Part shown: one piece after another, positions 1 through 10,811 of the stretch
Numbering within the stretch: the stretch's first letter is position 1
How the letters are laid out: the number at the start of each line of letters is the position of its first letter
Source: a bacterium
GTDB taxonomy: Bacteria > UBA8248
Assembly (NCBI GenBank): GCA_965200245.1
Contig: CBDATS010000002.1
Coordinates: forward strand, 32,001-96,000
Direction: 5' to 3'
DNA length: 64,000 nt
Program-made: the position numbers and the translations under genes
The notes under the pieces: generated by a model
What the model saw: the letters and a program-made list of their open reading frames with translations, nothing else
The model's database searches: none
Told to the model about the DNA's origin: nothing

Positions 1-2
1 GC

Positions 3-440
3 GACGGTCTGCCGATCAAGGTAGCCAGTTGGTTCAGGGATGAAGGTTTTGAAGTCATTTTTCCATCGAACGGAGGGGATAACCGAGACGCCATCGCTCG
101 CTGTGGCATCGGTATTACGGGATGCGACTGGGCGATTGCGGAAACGGGCAGCATCGTGTTGCGGAGTGGGCCCGGCCACCCACGCCTTCACTCACTGTTA
201 CCGGAAATTCACCTCGCTCTCATTCCCGAAAAAAACATCTTGCCCCATATCTCCTCGTTAGGACCGGAACTGGAAAGAGTCCTCCTGCAAGAAGATGATA
301 CCACGCCAAGCTGCGTCAACATCATCACGGGACCGAGCCGATCAGCCGACATCGCGTTGACGCTCATCAAGGGCGTACATGGCCCGCGTGATGTTTTCGC
401 CGTCATCATTCCCGATTCGCTCACCACAGAAGGCTCCTAG
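3..440 (+). CDS. lutC: LUD-domain (LutC/YkgG) lactate utilisation protein, 5'-partial
   Basis: Frame open from the window edge; motifs GITGCDWAIAETGS and ITGPSRSADI..L..GVHGP. Confidence 0.85.
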   Translation, partial: DGLPIKVASWFRDEGFEVIFPSNGGDNRDAIARCGIGITGCDWAIAETGSIVLRSGPGHPRLHSLLPEIHLALIPEKNILPHISSLGPELERVLLQEDDTTPSCVNIITGPSRSADIALTLIKGVHGPRDVFAVIIPDSLTTEGS

Positions 441-502
441 TACACACCCCTCCTCCCGAAAAGGCAGCAATCCTCGCAAGGCCGGAATGTAGCATCGCTT
501 AC

Positions 503-561
503 GCTGCAAACGACAACCCCCTCGAGCGAACAATTTGCTCGAGGGGGTTGTCGTTTGCAGC
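503..561. terminator. Perfect 25-bp inverted repeat between convergent lutC and glnA, probably a bidirectional terminator
   Basis: gctgcaaacgacaaccccctcgagc - gaacaattt - gctcgagggggttgtcgtttgcagc. Confidence 0.75.
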
Positions 562-586
562 TTCTCGGAACAGGCCAGGCCGTATT

Positions 587-2014
587 CTAGATGTCATAGT
601 AGAGGTGGAATTCGTGGGGATGTGGACGCAGGCGTACCGGATCGACTTCCTCCGTGCGCTTGTATTCGATCCAGTTGTCAATGGAATCCTTCGTGAACAC
701 GTCACCTTTCAGCAGGAACTCAAAGTCTGCCTCGAGCGCGTCCAGTGCCTCGGGCAAGCTTCCGGGCGTCTGCTGCACGTCGCTGCGCTCCTCGGGAGCA
801 AGGTCGTAGAGGTTCTTGTCAATGGGCTCGGGCGGCATGATTTTATTCTGTATACCGTCCAGACCGGCCATGAGCATGGCGGCGAAAGCCATATAAGGGT
901 TGCATGAGGGGTCAGGGCAGCGGAATTCGACCCTCTTGGCTTTCTCACTTGAAGAATACATGGGAATGCGCACGCAGGCACTTCTGTTTCGGCAGCTATA
1001 AATCAAGTTGATCGGCGCTTCATATCCCGGCACCAAGCGGCGGTAGCTGTTCGTCGTCGGGTTGGTGAAAGCCAGCAATGCGGGCGCATGTTTCAGCAAG
1101 CCACCAATATAGTAAAGCGCGTCAGGACTTAAATCGCCATAAGTCCCTGCACGATACATGATGTTCTTCTCATCCTTCCAGATACTCTGGTGGACGTGCA
1201 TTCCGGTGCCATTGTCGAGGAACACGGGTTTCGGCATGAAGGTCGCCGTCTTTCCGTGTTGTTTCGCCACGTTCTTTACGATGTATTTATACTTCATCAG
1301 CTTGTCAGCCGTGGTCACCAAGGTATCGAATCGAATGTCGATTTCACATTGCCCGGCGGAAGCCACTTCATGGTGGTGTACTTCACACGCGACGCCACAA
1401 TCGAGCATTGTCAGCATCATCTCCGAACGAATGTCTTGGAGTGTGTCGTTGGGGGGCACGGGAAAATAGCCTTCCTTGTAGCGGTTCTTGTGGCCGAGGT
1501 TCGGATCTTCGCTGGCACCCGTGTTCCAGGCAGCTTCACCCGAGTCCACTTCGTAGTAGGCATGATTTTCAGAACCCGAATAACGCACATCGTCGAACAC
1601 GAAAAATTCGGCTTCAGGGCCGAAATAGGCAACGTCCCCGATACCCGTGGACTGCATGTATCGTTCCGCCTTGATAGCGATATGGCGTGGGTCGCGGTCG
1701 TAGAGTTCGAGTGTAACCGGATCTTTGATGTCACAAATGAGAACCAGGGTCGGAATTTTCAGGAAAGGATCCATGAAAGCGGTCGTCGGATCCGGAATAA
1801 GAAGCATGTCGCTCTGATCGATGCTTTGAAATCCCCGGATGCTCGAACCGTCGAAACCGACGCCTTCATCGAAGGTGTCCTCCTCCAACGTGTCGATGTG
1901 CGCCGAGAAATGTTGCCATATGCCAGGCATGTCGATGAAACGATAGTCAACCATTTTGGCGCCACTTTCCTTAGCCAACTTCAAGACATCTTCTATCATC
2001 TGTCGTACCTCCAT
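587..2014 (-). CDS. glnA: Type I glutamine synthetase
   Basis: [37 protein letters not shown]; adenylylation site NLYDL. Confidence 0.98.
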   Translation of the reverse strand: MEVRQMIEDVLKLAKESGAKMVDYRFIDMPGIWQHFSAHIDTLEEDTFDEGVGFDGSSIRGFQSIDQSDMLLIPDPTTAFMDPFLKIPTLVLICDIKDPVTLELYDRDPRHIAIKAERYMQSTGIGDVAYFGPEAEFFVFDDVRYSGSENHAYYEVDSGEAAWNTGASEDPNLGHKNRYKEGYFPVPPNDTLQDIRSEMMLTMLDCGVACEVHHHEVASAGQCEIDIRFDTLVTTADKLMKYKYIVKNVAKQHGKTATFMPKPVFLDNGTGMHVHQSIWKDEKNIMYRAGTYGDLSPDALYYIGGLLKHAPALLAFTNPTTNSYRRLVPGYEAPINLIYSCRNRSACVRIPMYSSSEKAKRVEFRCPDPSCNPYMAFAAMLMAGLDGIQNKIMPPEPIDKNLYDLAPEERSDVQQTPGSLPEALDALEADFEFLLKGDVFTKDSIDNWIEYKRTEEVDPVRLRPHPHEFHLYYDI

Positions 2015-2080
2015 AAGGAATTGTGGTTTTGCGAAAGGTATCTACACAAAACCAGGATTTGTTCAGGCCTTCAGGCTTCG

Positions 2081-4822
2081 TTATGACATGATGGCGCCAA
2101 CCGGGCGCCCTTCCTCCAGAATTTCGCTAAGATTTCCGCACAACTCCTTCAGTCTGGCTGTATCTTCTATTTTGCGTCCACTGTCATCCGTTATGTAGAA
2201 GGCATCTACCGCGCATTGCCCTTCCGTGGTGATTTTGGCCCGCGAGATAGATATGCCCTCTTGCGCAAAGAATTGGGAAATCTGTGCCAGGAGGCCGTGC
2301 CTGTCCGGTGCCACGACTTCCAGCACTGTCGCGTCCTCGCTCGCCATCTGGTCGAATTCAACCAGGACAGGCAAATCGAACGACATCCGTTTCTTCAGGC
2401 GCAAATACTTTTTGCTCCGTCCCAGGAATTCCGCCAACCCCAATTCGCCGGACAACAATTCCTCCAGCGATACCCGAAATTTTTTCCAGAGGTCTTCATT
2501 GACGACGGCTTTCCCCTCGGAATCCACTACCTCGAAAGTATCGATAACCAGACCGTCTTCGCGTGTGTATACTTTCGCATCCAGAATGTTGAGTTCATAC
2601 ACCGTAAACGCACCGGCGACCAGAGCGAACAAACCGAGTTGGTCCTTGCACAACAGCGTCAAGAGCGTATGTCCACGCCTTCTGCGATGCGTGATGTCGA
2701 TCTCGCATATCGCCTCACTTGAAATACGGGTCCCGAGCTCGATGTGTCGCAAAATGTCCTGCGGTGGTGTTCCGATGCGATATCTTTCAGGCATAGATGC
2801 CATGTGGACGGCGATTTCTTCATGCCCTACCCGACTTCCACCGGTCCTCGCTTCCATCTTGACCTGTTCTACGATGTCTTCCGCACGCTTTTTCCTGTAC
2901 AAATCCTCTCCGGTTTCCATCACCCTGAGCACTCGCTTGTACAGTTCGTGGATTAAAGCGCTTCTCCATTCGTTCCATATTCCAGGAGCGACAGCGGATA
3001 TATCCGCATAGGTCAAGAGATAAAGCATCTGGAGTCTTTCCACCGTCTCCATTTTATCGGCGAAATTGCTGATCAGGACAGGATCGTCGATATCACGCCT
3101 TTCAGCCGTGAGGCTCAACTCGATATGGCAAGCCACCAAAAACTCGATAATGCTTCCCTGGTCTGCCGGCAGCCCCATCCGCATGATGATGTCGGGAAGC
3201 GCGGATGAACTCTTGTGCACGTGTCTCGGCCCCCTCGCCTTTCCGATATCATGAAACAGAAGCGCAAGTCTCAGGATGTTGGTGCGTTCCATTTCTCTAT
3301 GGATATAGGCCACATGCTGCAAGGACACGTCCCTTGTATATGTGAGTTCGTCCAATGCCGCCAATGTCAACAAAGTATGCTCATCTGCAGTATATCGGTG
3401 GTAATGGTCGTACTGTACGAAGCACGTCAAGGGTTCGAACTCGGGGATATACCGTCCCAACAGACCGAGACCGTGCATCTCGTGCATTGTAGTCGTTACG
3501 CCTGCCTTGCCGCTTAATATCCGCAGGAAACTGTCCCTTACATCCGGCGAAGAGCGGAAATCATCATCGACGGTGTCCAGATGGGCCCGAACGAAATTTC
3601 TCGCGTTCGGGGATAAACGGCACCCGAAGCGAAACTGGCTCTCGAATATCTTCATCAGGCCCGTAGGATTCCCAAGCACTGCTTCTGGATTCGAATCATC
3701 CAGAACGAGTGTGTGATAGTCCTGCAAGGCCAGCCCGTCCCCAAGGGGCTGGAACCTGGGTTTCCTGTTAACCCATCTTCTGCGCTTCAGATGATCCTCA
3801 AGCGTTTCGAAAAAATCCCGGCAGAAAATGTGCAGGTCCCTCGCATGCAGGAAATAATCGCGCATCAGACACTCGCTGGCCAAAGCGCTCTCTTTGTCCT
3901 CATAACCCAGCGCGGGCGCAATCTCGGCCTGCGCCTGAAAGTTCAGCATATCATTTTTGGCTTTTGCGTGTATGTGCAGTTGTGCCCGAATGCGAAGAAG
4001 AAAATCATAAGCCTTCATCGCTTTCTCGAACTCCGCCTGCGGGACCCAGCCCTTGCGCCATATCTCGCACGTTTCATTCAGTCCGAAAGCCTTGGCCAAC
4101 CAGCAAACGGCATGGAAATCCCTCAAGCCCCCCGCACTTTCCTTCACGTTCGGTTCGAGGACATACACCGAAGGGTCCCATGATCGGTATCGCCTCATTC
4201 TCTCTTCGAGACGATTACGAAGATGCGAGCTTTTAGCGACACGGTGCAGGTAGGCATCGAACTTCTTGTTGAATTCCCGGAAAACTTCTTCGCTGCCCGC
4301 CAACAGGCGATTTTCCAGCATGGCGGTTTCGCTTTGGTAGTCTTCCTTGGCGATTTTCAGACAATTGGAAATGGTTCTGGCACTGTGCCCTATCGTAAGG
4401 CCTGCATCCCACATCAGATACAGGACGGAGCGAATCAATTCGCTGATTTGTCCCTCATGCCCCGAAAACAGGAACAAAAGATCGATATCCGAGCCAGGAG
4501 ACAACTCCCCCCGTCCATATCCGCCAATTGCCACCAAGGCGCATGAATACACCCGATCATCGTCAGTGGATTTTTTCTTTTCTCCCTCCAAGGCATATGC
4601 ATAGACTTGGGCAATATACGCATCCATGAATTTCGCGTGGGCTTCACACAACTCGTACCCGCCGGCACCCTCATGCTGCGCATTGCATATATGTTCCCCC
4701 GCCTGCGCGTACGCCTCCTTGATATATCGGAGAAAAACGCTCCTCTCCCATCCACTGGCAGCAAGAGTCGTTTCCCGTACATCGCTTTGAAGTTGTAATA
4801 AATGGTCGAGAGATGGTGTCAT
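2081..4822 (-). CDS. glnD: [Protein-PII] uridylyltransferase/uridylyl-removing enzyme
   Basis: GGYGRGELSPGSDIDLL NTase motif, KESAGGLRD, HD domain (HRYTADEH...LFHDIGK), two C-terminal ACT domains. Confidence 0.97.
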   Translation of the reverse strand: MTPSLDHLLQLQSDVRETTLAASGWERSVFLRYIKEAYAQAGEHICNAQHEGAGGYELCEAHAKFMDAYIAQVYAYALEGEKKKSTDDDRVYSCALVAIGGYGRGELSPGSDIDLLFLFSGHEGQISELIRSVLYLMWDAGLTIGHSARTISNCLKIAKEDYQSETAMLENRLLAGSEEVFREFNKKFDAYLHRVAKSSHLRNRLEERMRRYRSWDPSVYVLEPNVKESAGGLRDFHAVCWLAKAFGLNETCEIWRKGWVPQAEFEKAMKAYDFLLRIRAQLHIHAKAKNDMLNFQAQAEIAPALGYEDKESALASECLMRDYFLHARDLHIFCRDFFETLEDHLKRRRWVNRKPRFQPLGDGLALQDYHTLVLDDSNPEAVLGNPTGLMKIFESQFRFGCRLSPNARNFVRAHLDTVDDDFRSSPDVRDSFLRILSGKAGVTTTMHEMHGLGLLGRYIPEFEPLTCFVQYDHYHRYTADEHTLLTLAALDELTYTRDVSLQHVAYIHREMERTNILRLALLFHDIGKARGPRHVHKSSSALPDIIMRMGLPADQGSIIEFLVACHIELSLTAERRDIDDPVLISNFADKMETVERLQMLYLLTYADISAVAPGIWNEWRSALIHELYKRVLRVMETGEDLYRKKRAEDIVEQVKMEARTGGSRVGHEEIAVHMASMPERYRIGTPPQDILRHIELGTRISSEAICEIDITHRRRRGHTLLTLLCKDQLGLFALVAGAFTVYELNILDAKVYTREDGLVIDTFEVVDSEGKAVVNEDLWKKFRVSLEELLSGELGLAEFLGRSKKYLRLKKRMSFDLPVLVEFDQMASEDATVLEVVAPDRHGLLAQISQFFAQEGISISRAKITTEGQCAVDAFYITDDSGRKIEDTARLKELCGNLSEILEEGRPVGAIMS

Positions 4823-4834
4823 CGGACAGTATCG

Positions 4835-5191
<357 letters not shown>

Positions 5192-5499
5192 TCAAGTAAA
5201 ATTCCAACGGGATGGTTTTCATCGACTATAACACGCAGTGGTTGGTCGTCAATCAATAAACTCAACGAACAGTGACACTTTCCGTCCTCTGATTTGAATT
5301 TTTACACGAAATATGTTTCCAAGGTGTTACATGCGGATGACGAACGATTTCACATTTCACGAAACCCCGGAAATTTCCTGGAATCGCACGACCCTGAAGG
5401 TTGCGCGGGACAGTGCTTTTCCATACACTCCGCAACTGGTTCTTTCGTATTTTCGTTGATTTCAAGGCGTTTTTTCATTTCAGTAGGAGAATTGAAGCA

Positions 5500-5820
5500 A
5501 TGGAATGTACGCTGTTGGAAGCACCTGTAGAATGTCATTTTGCATCGAAAGGTTCCAATGGACAAAATCAGTGTTCATACAACGGAAGTTCCTGCTTTCC
5601 TGTAGTCGAGGAATGTCTCTCGGGTGATGAAGAGAAAGCATGTGAACACATTCTGGAATTTCCCAAGGGAACGTACTGCTCTAGATTTCCAAATCCGGAA
5701 AATCGTTGGGAGCGTGGCAGATGTCCTCTCGCGACGCATATCAAAGTCGACTTCGAGGCCCCTCTCGAGAAGAAACTCAACCCTCTGAAAGCCTCAAAAC
5801 GAGCCGCGAGAGGAAACTAG
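5500..5820 (+). CDS. Small cysteine-rich protein, PxxKW-family-like
   Basis: RBS aggag before ATG 5500; multiple Cys, PENRW..G.CPLATH, C-terminal KKLNPLKASKRAARG. Confidence 0.75.
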   Translation: MECTLLEAPVECHFASKGSNGQNQCSYNGSSCFPVVEECLSGDEEKACEHILEFPKGTYCSRFPNPENRWERGRCPLATHIKVDFEAPLEKKLNPLKASKRAARGN

Positions 5821-5905
5821 GGAGCAATCATATTTTTCAAGGGACGCTCTACAGAAACGTACAGCCGCGTTCGGAGATGCGCGACTCCCGGAAAAGTGTT
5901 TCTTC

Positions 5906-7624
5906 CTAGCCTACCAGAAGGGCCAATACGCCAGCGATAATGAATATATGATCGACGGCCACTTCCATGAGACCGCTATGCCCCAGTATCTTTCGAATAT
6001 GCCAGTATAGACATGCGCCCGCATATATGACCGGAATGAGCATCGCGTAACCGAATGCCGGAGCTACCCATCCGATCAAGCAGGCAATGACGAGAACGAC
6101 GGCCAATGCGACGCAGGTCGCCGCCATAAGCATTTCCGTCTTCGCTTTGCCGAATACGATCGGCAAGGTCCTCTTGCCCACGATTCTGTCGCCTTGAATG
6201 TCTCTCAGCTCCATCAGGCCGGTTCGGAAAAAAATCAAGCCGAATGCAACAAAAATCGACACAAACCAAGCCATGGAAATCGCCTGGAAATCAGCCAGCG
6301 CGGGCAAAACCGCCAAACTGAAGGTCCAGCCCACAATGAGAACGAGAATCTTCAATACAGGAAAATTCATCACCTGCCCTACGAGTGCACGAGACTCGAG
6401 TTTCAGGCTACAAAAGGTGGCCCAAACCAGACCGGCCACCATAATACCCCCTGCCAAGTAGGAGATACTTACCCCGTATGCGATGGATACCAGGGCGGCG
6501 GTCCCGGCCAGAGTCATCAGCACGGGCTTGTGCTTCTCATAAAATAAAGCCCGATTGGGTTCATTGTATCTATCCGCTTCATAGCTGACACACCGATTGA
6601 TAGTATGAGCTGTGAATAGATACAGACCCGCCGTTGCAGCGATCTTTATCGAGAGGGAAAAACCTCCTAATTTCGCTATGGCGATGCTGCCCAACAGCGC
6701 AGAGACGAAAAGAAGAGCATTCGCCCGAGACAAGACCTTGAAAAAGTTGAAAACCTTATCGAAGAAATTCGGGCTTGGATCTGGAACCGCCTCAATTCGA
6801 TTGACGACGCGCCTGATCATCCAATCCGGCGTAGAGGCTCCTGCCGTTACGGCGATGTTATTGTATTGTTGCAGGAATTTCTCGTCAATCTCATTTTCGG
6901 TTTCGATAAGAATCGAATCGGCGCCAGCCTCTTTCGCTACTTCCACGAGGCGGTTCGTATTACCGCTGTTGCGACCCCCGACAACGACCATCAAGTCGAC
7001 ATCGGGCGCAAGCTTCTTCACTTCTTCCTGACGAACTTCTGTCGCATCGCAAATCGTATTGAACATTTGGGCTTGGGGATATTTCCGCAAAATTGCTTCT
7101 TCCACATCTTTCCACTCACGCATGTTGATGGTCGTTTGAGCGACTACCACAACAGGTCGGTCACCGATGTCCGGGAGTCCGGCCACGTCTTCTATACTTG
7201 TTATCAGATGGCTGCCGGCCTCCGCGTAACCCCTGTGACCATCCACCTCCGGGTGGCCTTCCTCACCGATGATCACCGTGAATGCGCCCATGCGGGAATG
7301 TTTTCTGATAACCCCGTGCACTTTGGCGACCAGAGGACATGTCGCATCCTTGATGCCGGCACCAGAGCCTTTCAAACGAGCACGAACCTGCGGTGATATG
7401 CCATGCGCCCGGATGACGACCAGACTCGTATTGCTCGGTGTCTCCTCCGGATCAGAAGCGATAACGCTTTTCTGTTCCAGCAATTCCACCGTCTGCGGAT
7501 TGTGAATCAACGGTCCATGCGTAAGAACCTCGCTGGATGTCTTGTCCGCCGTGTCAAGTGCAATATCGAGCGCCCTTTCCACCCCCCAGCAAAAACCAGC
7601 CGTCTTAGCCAGCTTGACCCTCAA
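5906..7624 (-). CDS. ispH: IspH (HMBPP reductase) fused to a C-terminal UbiA-type prenyltransferase membrane domain
   Basis: GFCWGV, DATCPLV, TICDAT, TAGASTP; hydrophobic C-terminal half with ELRDIQGDRIVGKRTLP. Confidence 0.92.
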   Translation of the reverse strand: MRVKLAKTAGFCWGVERALDIALDTADKTSSEVLTHGPLIHNPQTVELLEQKSVIASDPEETPSNTSLVVIRAHGISPQVRARLKGSGAGIKDATCPLVAKVHGVIRKHSRMGAFTVIIGEEGHPEVDGHRGYAEAGSHLITSIEDVAGLPDIGDRPVVVVAQTTINMREWKDVEEAILRKYPQAQMFNTICDATEVRQEEVKKLAPDVDLMVVVGGRNSGNTNRLVEVAKEAGADSILIETENEIDEKFLQQYNNIAVTAGASTPDWMIRRVVNRIEAVPDPSPNFFDKVFNFFKVLSRANALLFVSALLGSIAIAKLGGFSLSIKIAATAGLYLFTAHTINRCVSYEADRYNEPNRALFYEKHKPVLMTLAGTAALVSIAYGVSISYLAGGIMVAGLVWATFCSLKLESRALVGQVMNFPVLKILVLIVGWTFSLAVLPALADFQAISMAWFVSIFVAFGLIFFRTGLMELRDIQGDRIVGKRTLPIVFGKAKTEMLMAATCVALAVVLVIACLIGWVAPAFGYAMLIPVIYAGACLYWHIRKILGHSGLMEVAVDHIFIIAGVLALLVG

Positions 7625-7739
7625 TCTTATCCCTCCTGAGACTTAGCGGATCGAAACGCAAGGTACATCCCTGCGTGCAAAATCATTACGTTCCCACTAT
7701 AGCTTTACTCCCGATTCATATGCAATAAAAAAACATCCA

Positions 7740-8285
7740 TCAATTTTCATTCGAATAGCGAGGGTGCTCAAAACGGTACTCAATTATAGGCGGCGACTCG
7801 CCTGGTAGAGAAAGATCGAAGATTCGGAACCACCCCCCGGAAGCATTCAGAACCACCTCGCCAGCCGTTCTGGGCAGATCGAACCTCTTCGGCCCACAAC
7901 TCCCGGGATTGAAAAATACGGTCTTGTCAATCATTCGGCAAAACGGTTGGTGGCTATGGCCGAAAATCACCAAATCCATTGTTTCACGTTCAAGAAATAT
8001 TCTTACATCCCGGGCGGGACCTGCCCGGTGCCAGACGATATGCTGAATCATGATGCGCCAGCCTGCCATGACGGTTGACAACCGGACCGGGGCCAAAGTG
8101 AGCGCATCCACGTTTCCCGAAACACTGGTGACTGGGGCGATGCTCTCAAGTTCCGGTAAAACAGAATCAGACCCGATATCGCCTGCGTGGAAGATATGTT
8201 CCGATCCCTGGCAAAATTCGACCACATCTTGCGCAAGACGCCCATGCGTGTCGGACAAGACACATAATCTGACGCTGGAAGTCAT
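7740..8285 (-). CDS. Metallophosphoesterase, YfcE/MJ0936 family
   Basis: SDTHG, HAGDIG, GNVD, FGHSH, NPGS. Confidence 0.9.
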   Translation of the reverse strand: MTSSVRLCVLSDTHGRLAQDVVEFCQGSEHIFHAGDIGSDSVLPELESIAPVTSVSGNVDALTLAPVRLSTVMAGWRIMIQHIVWHRAGPARDVRIFLERETMDLVIFGHSHQPFCRMIDKTVFFNPGSCGPKRFDLPRTAGEVVLNASGGWFRIFDLSLPGESPPIIEYRFEHPRYSNEN

Positions 8286-8478
8286 TTTTTCTTGGCCTCA
8301 CGTGTAGAAGATGCAAATCACAGGGCAGCGCTCTCGATTCCTCCAAGGGAGCATGAACGATACCCACTCAAGCCAGACAATCACACCTTGCATTCTACCC
8401 TTCATTCCATGTCCGGCATATCCAATTCAACCGCCATTCGGGAAGAAAAACATATAAATGCCAAAATACATACAAACG

Positions 8479-9339
8479 CTAACTTTTTGACCTCCCGCCC
8501 AATACGATTCCTGCCAATATGATTGAGCAAGCGAAAAGCCGGCTGGACGTGGGAACCTCCTGAAGCAGCCACCATGCCAACCCGGTAGCCACCAAGGGTT
8601 CTCCCACAACGGCAAGCGCCACTTTTCCCGGGTACAAATGTCCCAGGGCATAGTTGATGGAAGTATGGCCAATCAATGTGGGGATAAGTACCATTGCGGC
8701 CAGGAGAAGCCAGGTATCATTGGAGAATCCGCCGAGTGGTTGGGTCAAAATGAAAGCAGCGCAGAAAAGCAGTATTCCGCTGAATCCATAACACCCCGTT
8801 ACATATGCCGCTACCGGTATTTTCACCCTCAGCTTACGGCCGCAAAGCATGTAGGCGGAGGCCATCACGGCTGCGGACAAGGCCAGCGAATTTCCCCAAA
8901 AACTGCCTTCCCACCCCACAAAGTCTGAATACGCCAAGGCTGCGCTACCTCCAATTGCCATCGCGACGCCTAGCCAGAAATTCCGTCCCTCCCTTTCACC
9001 CAAAAAAACAATCCCGCCGATGCCAGCGAATATGGGGTTGGTTGTCGCAAGAACAACGGAACTTGCGACCGACGTATGAGACAGTGACTCTATCCAAAGT
9101 GCAAAATGAAATGCCAGAAAGGCCCCCGAACCCATCCAGATGATTTTCTCTTTCAGCGACAGGGCACTCCACACGTTCAAGACACTCTTGCCTGTGAAGG
9201 GTAATAACAACAGGGCACCTCCCCCCATACGGTATGCTGCTATCGCCAGAGGTTCGGCATCCGCCAATCGTATGAATATGGCGGAACAGCCCAGGGTGAT
9301 GACCCCTATGAACAGAAAGAGATACACGCGAATTTTCAT
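8479..9339 (-). CDS. DMT/EamA family transporter
   Basis: About 10 hydrophobic segments in two EamA-like halves. Confidence 0.85.
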   Translation of the reverse strand: MKIRVYLFLFIGVITLGCSAIFIRLADAEPLAIAAYRMGGGALLLLPFTGKSVLNVWSALSLKEKIIWMGSGAFLAFHFALWIESLSHTSVASSVVLATTNPIFAGIGGIVFLGEREGRNFWLGVAMAIGGSAALAYSDFVGWEGSFWGNSLALSAAVMASAYMLCGRKLRVKIPVAAYVTGCYGFSGILLFCAAFILTQPLGGFSNDTWLLLAAMVLIPTLIGHTSINYALGHLYPGKVALAVVGEPLVATGLAWWLLQEVPTSSRLFACSIILAGIVLGGRSKS

Positions 9340-9389
9340 GGCATTGCAATCAGGCCCGAACAGGTCTTCATCGGGGTTTTGTAGAACAG

Positions 9390-10172
9390 CTATACATCAT
9401 TCATGAATCTGGCGATGACATCGCCGACAATCCCCGGTTGCTCGAGCATAACCATATGGCCGGCTTGGGGAACAATGAACAATGTCGCGTTCGGAATCCT
9501 CTCGGCCAAAAATTGAGAATATTTTGGAGGCGTTAAAAGATCTTCTTCCCCACACACGATCAGTGCGGGAACAGAGATGCATTCCAGTTTGGAAAGAACA
9601 TCGAATCGATCACACGCCAGGAAATCATGGTGCAGGGTATCCGCATCGCATCGCAACAGACTTCGGGAACTCTCACGGATCAGGGATGGATCCGCCATGG
9701 GCGCAAAAGCATATCCGATGATTTCATCCACGGTATCCACAAAATCGCTCTTGACACCCTCCAAAATTGAGTCTTTCACTCTCAGTTTCGCGCCGGAGCC
9801 AATGAAAATCCCCCCTTTCAGTAGCGTGGCATCCGCCAGAACACTCGCAAGAGTAACGGCACCACCCATTGAATGACCGGCCAGGAACACCCCTTTCAGT
9901 TTTCTGTCATTTATGAATTCCAGGACGACTCGGCTGTATTCTTCGATATCGGAGATTTGGGCTGCTTCAGATTCGCCATGACCAGGCAACTCCAGGGCCA
10001 GGCTGCTTATGCCTCGTCCCGCCATATCCCGCATCAAGGGTATCCAGCTATCCCGACTCCCTCCGGCCCCATGAATACACACGACTACATTGCTTGAAAC
10101 CGGGGGGCCAGCCTCGCAATAGGCGATCCTGTATTCAGATAGATTTAGAGAACCTTTACACAACCAGGGCAA
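9390..10172 (-). CDS. Alpha/beta-fold hydrolase
   Basis: IHGAGG, LPGHG, GHSMGG nucleophile elbow, AGH. Confidence 0.9.
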   Translation of the reverse strand: MPWLCKGSLNLSEYRIAYCEAGPPVSSNVVVCIHGAGGSRDSWIPLMRDMAGRGISSLALELPGHGESEAAQISDIEEYSRVVLEFINDRKLKGVFLAGHSMGGAVTLASVLADATLLKGGIFIGSGAKLRVKDSILEGVKSDFVDTVDEIIGYAFAPMADPSLIRESSRSLLRCDADTLHHDFLACDRFDVLSKLECISVPALIVCGEEDLLTPPKYSQFLAERIPNATLFIVPQAGHMVMLEQPGIVGDVIARFMNDV

Positions 10173-10220
10173 TAAGAGAGCATCCTAACTAGACTATCGT
10201 CGATAGATGAGAGATTCAAT

Positions 10221-10547
10221 TCAAATGGCGCGATCTATGGCGGCCTTCAAATCGGCTTTGGACTTCACTCCCACTACCTGCTCTACGACCTCGCCACCCT
10301 TGAACAACAGCAACGTCGGTATTCCGCGGATGCCGAATCTTGCGGGCATGGATGGATTGTCATCGATATTCAACTTTCCGATGCGCACTTTTCCCTCATA
10401 TTCCTGGGCAAGCGCTTCAACCGTGGGTGCGAGCATTTTGCAAGGAGCACACCACTCCGCCCAAAAATCAACCAAAGTGGGTACATCGGAACCAATCACA
10501 TCCGCTTCGAAATTCTGATCCGTAAACTCGAAAACACCTACCGCCAT
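10221..10547 (-). CDS. trxA: Thioredoxin
   Basis: DFWAEWCAPCK, GIPTL. Confidence 0.95.
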   Translation of the reverse strand: MAVGVFEFTDQNFEADVIGSDVPTLVDFWAEWCAPCKMLAPTVEALAQEYEGKVRIGKLNIDDNPSMPARFGIRGIPTLLLFKGGEVVEQVVGVKSKADLKAAIDRAI

Positions 10548-10811
10548 TCTTTTTCCTCCGGGCTCCGAAACTAATCACGCTAGAAAAATTGGACAACATT
10601 CAACAGGTACCGAAAAATCGTTTCATAAAGTCTTGGCTCAGGCGGGCATGCGACTTTTCGGCACATCAAACCCGGAGCATCATTTCCTATTGGTCAATCG
10701 GCGTCAACTCCGCCTGCCTGATCAGATATCAAGCTATCTTGAACCTGCTGCCGATGTCGGATAGCCGCACAAGAAGTGTGGCGCAACCAGAGAGGAGATG
10801 AACAAGAGAAC

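Noticed and set aside
10638-10721. Structured ncRNA between ftsK and trxA (tcaggcgggc...gcctgcctga)
   Set aside because: Only a 10-bp closing stem, with no recognisable RNA family features.
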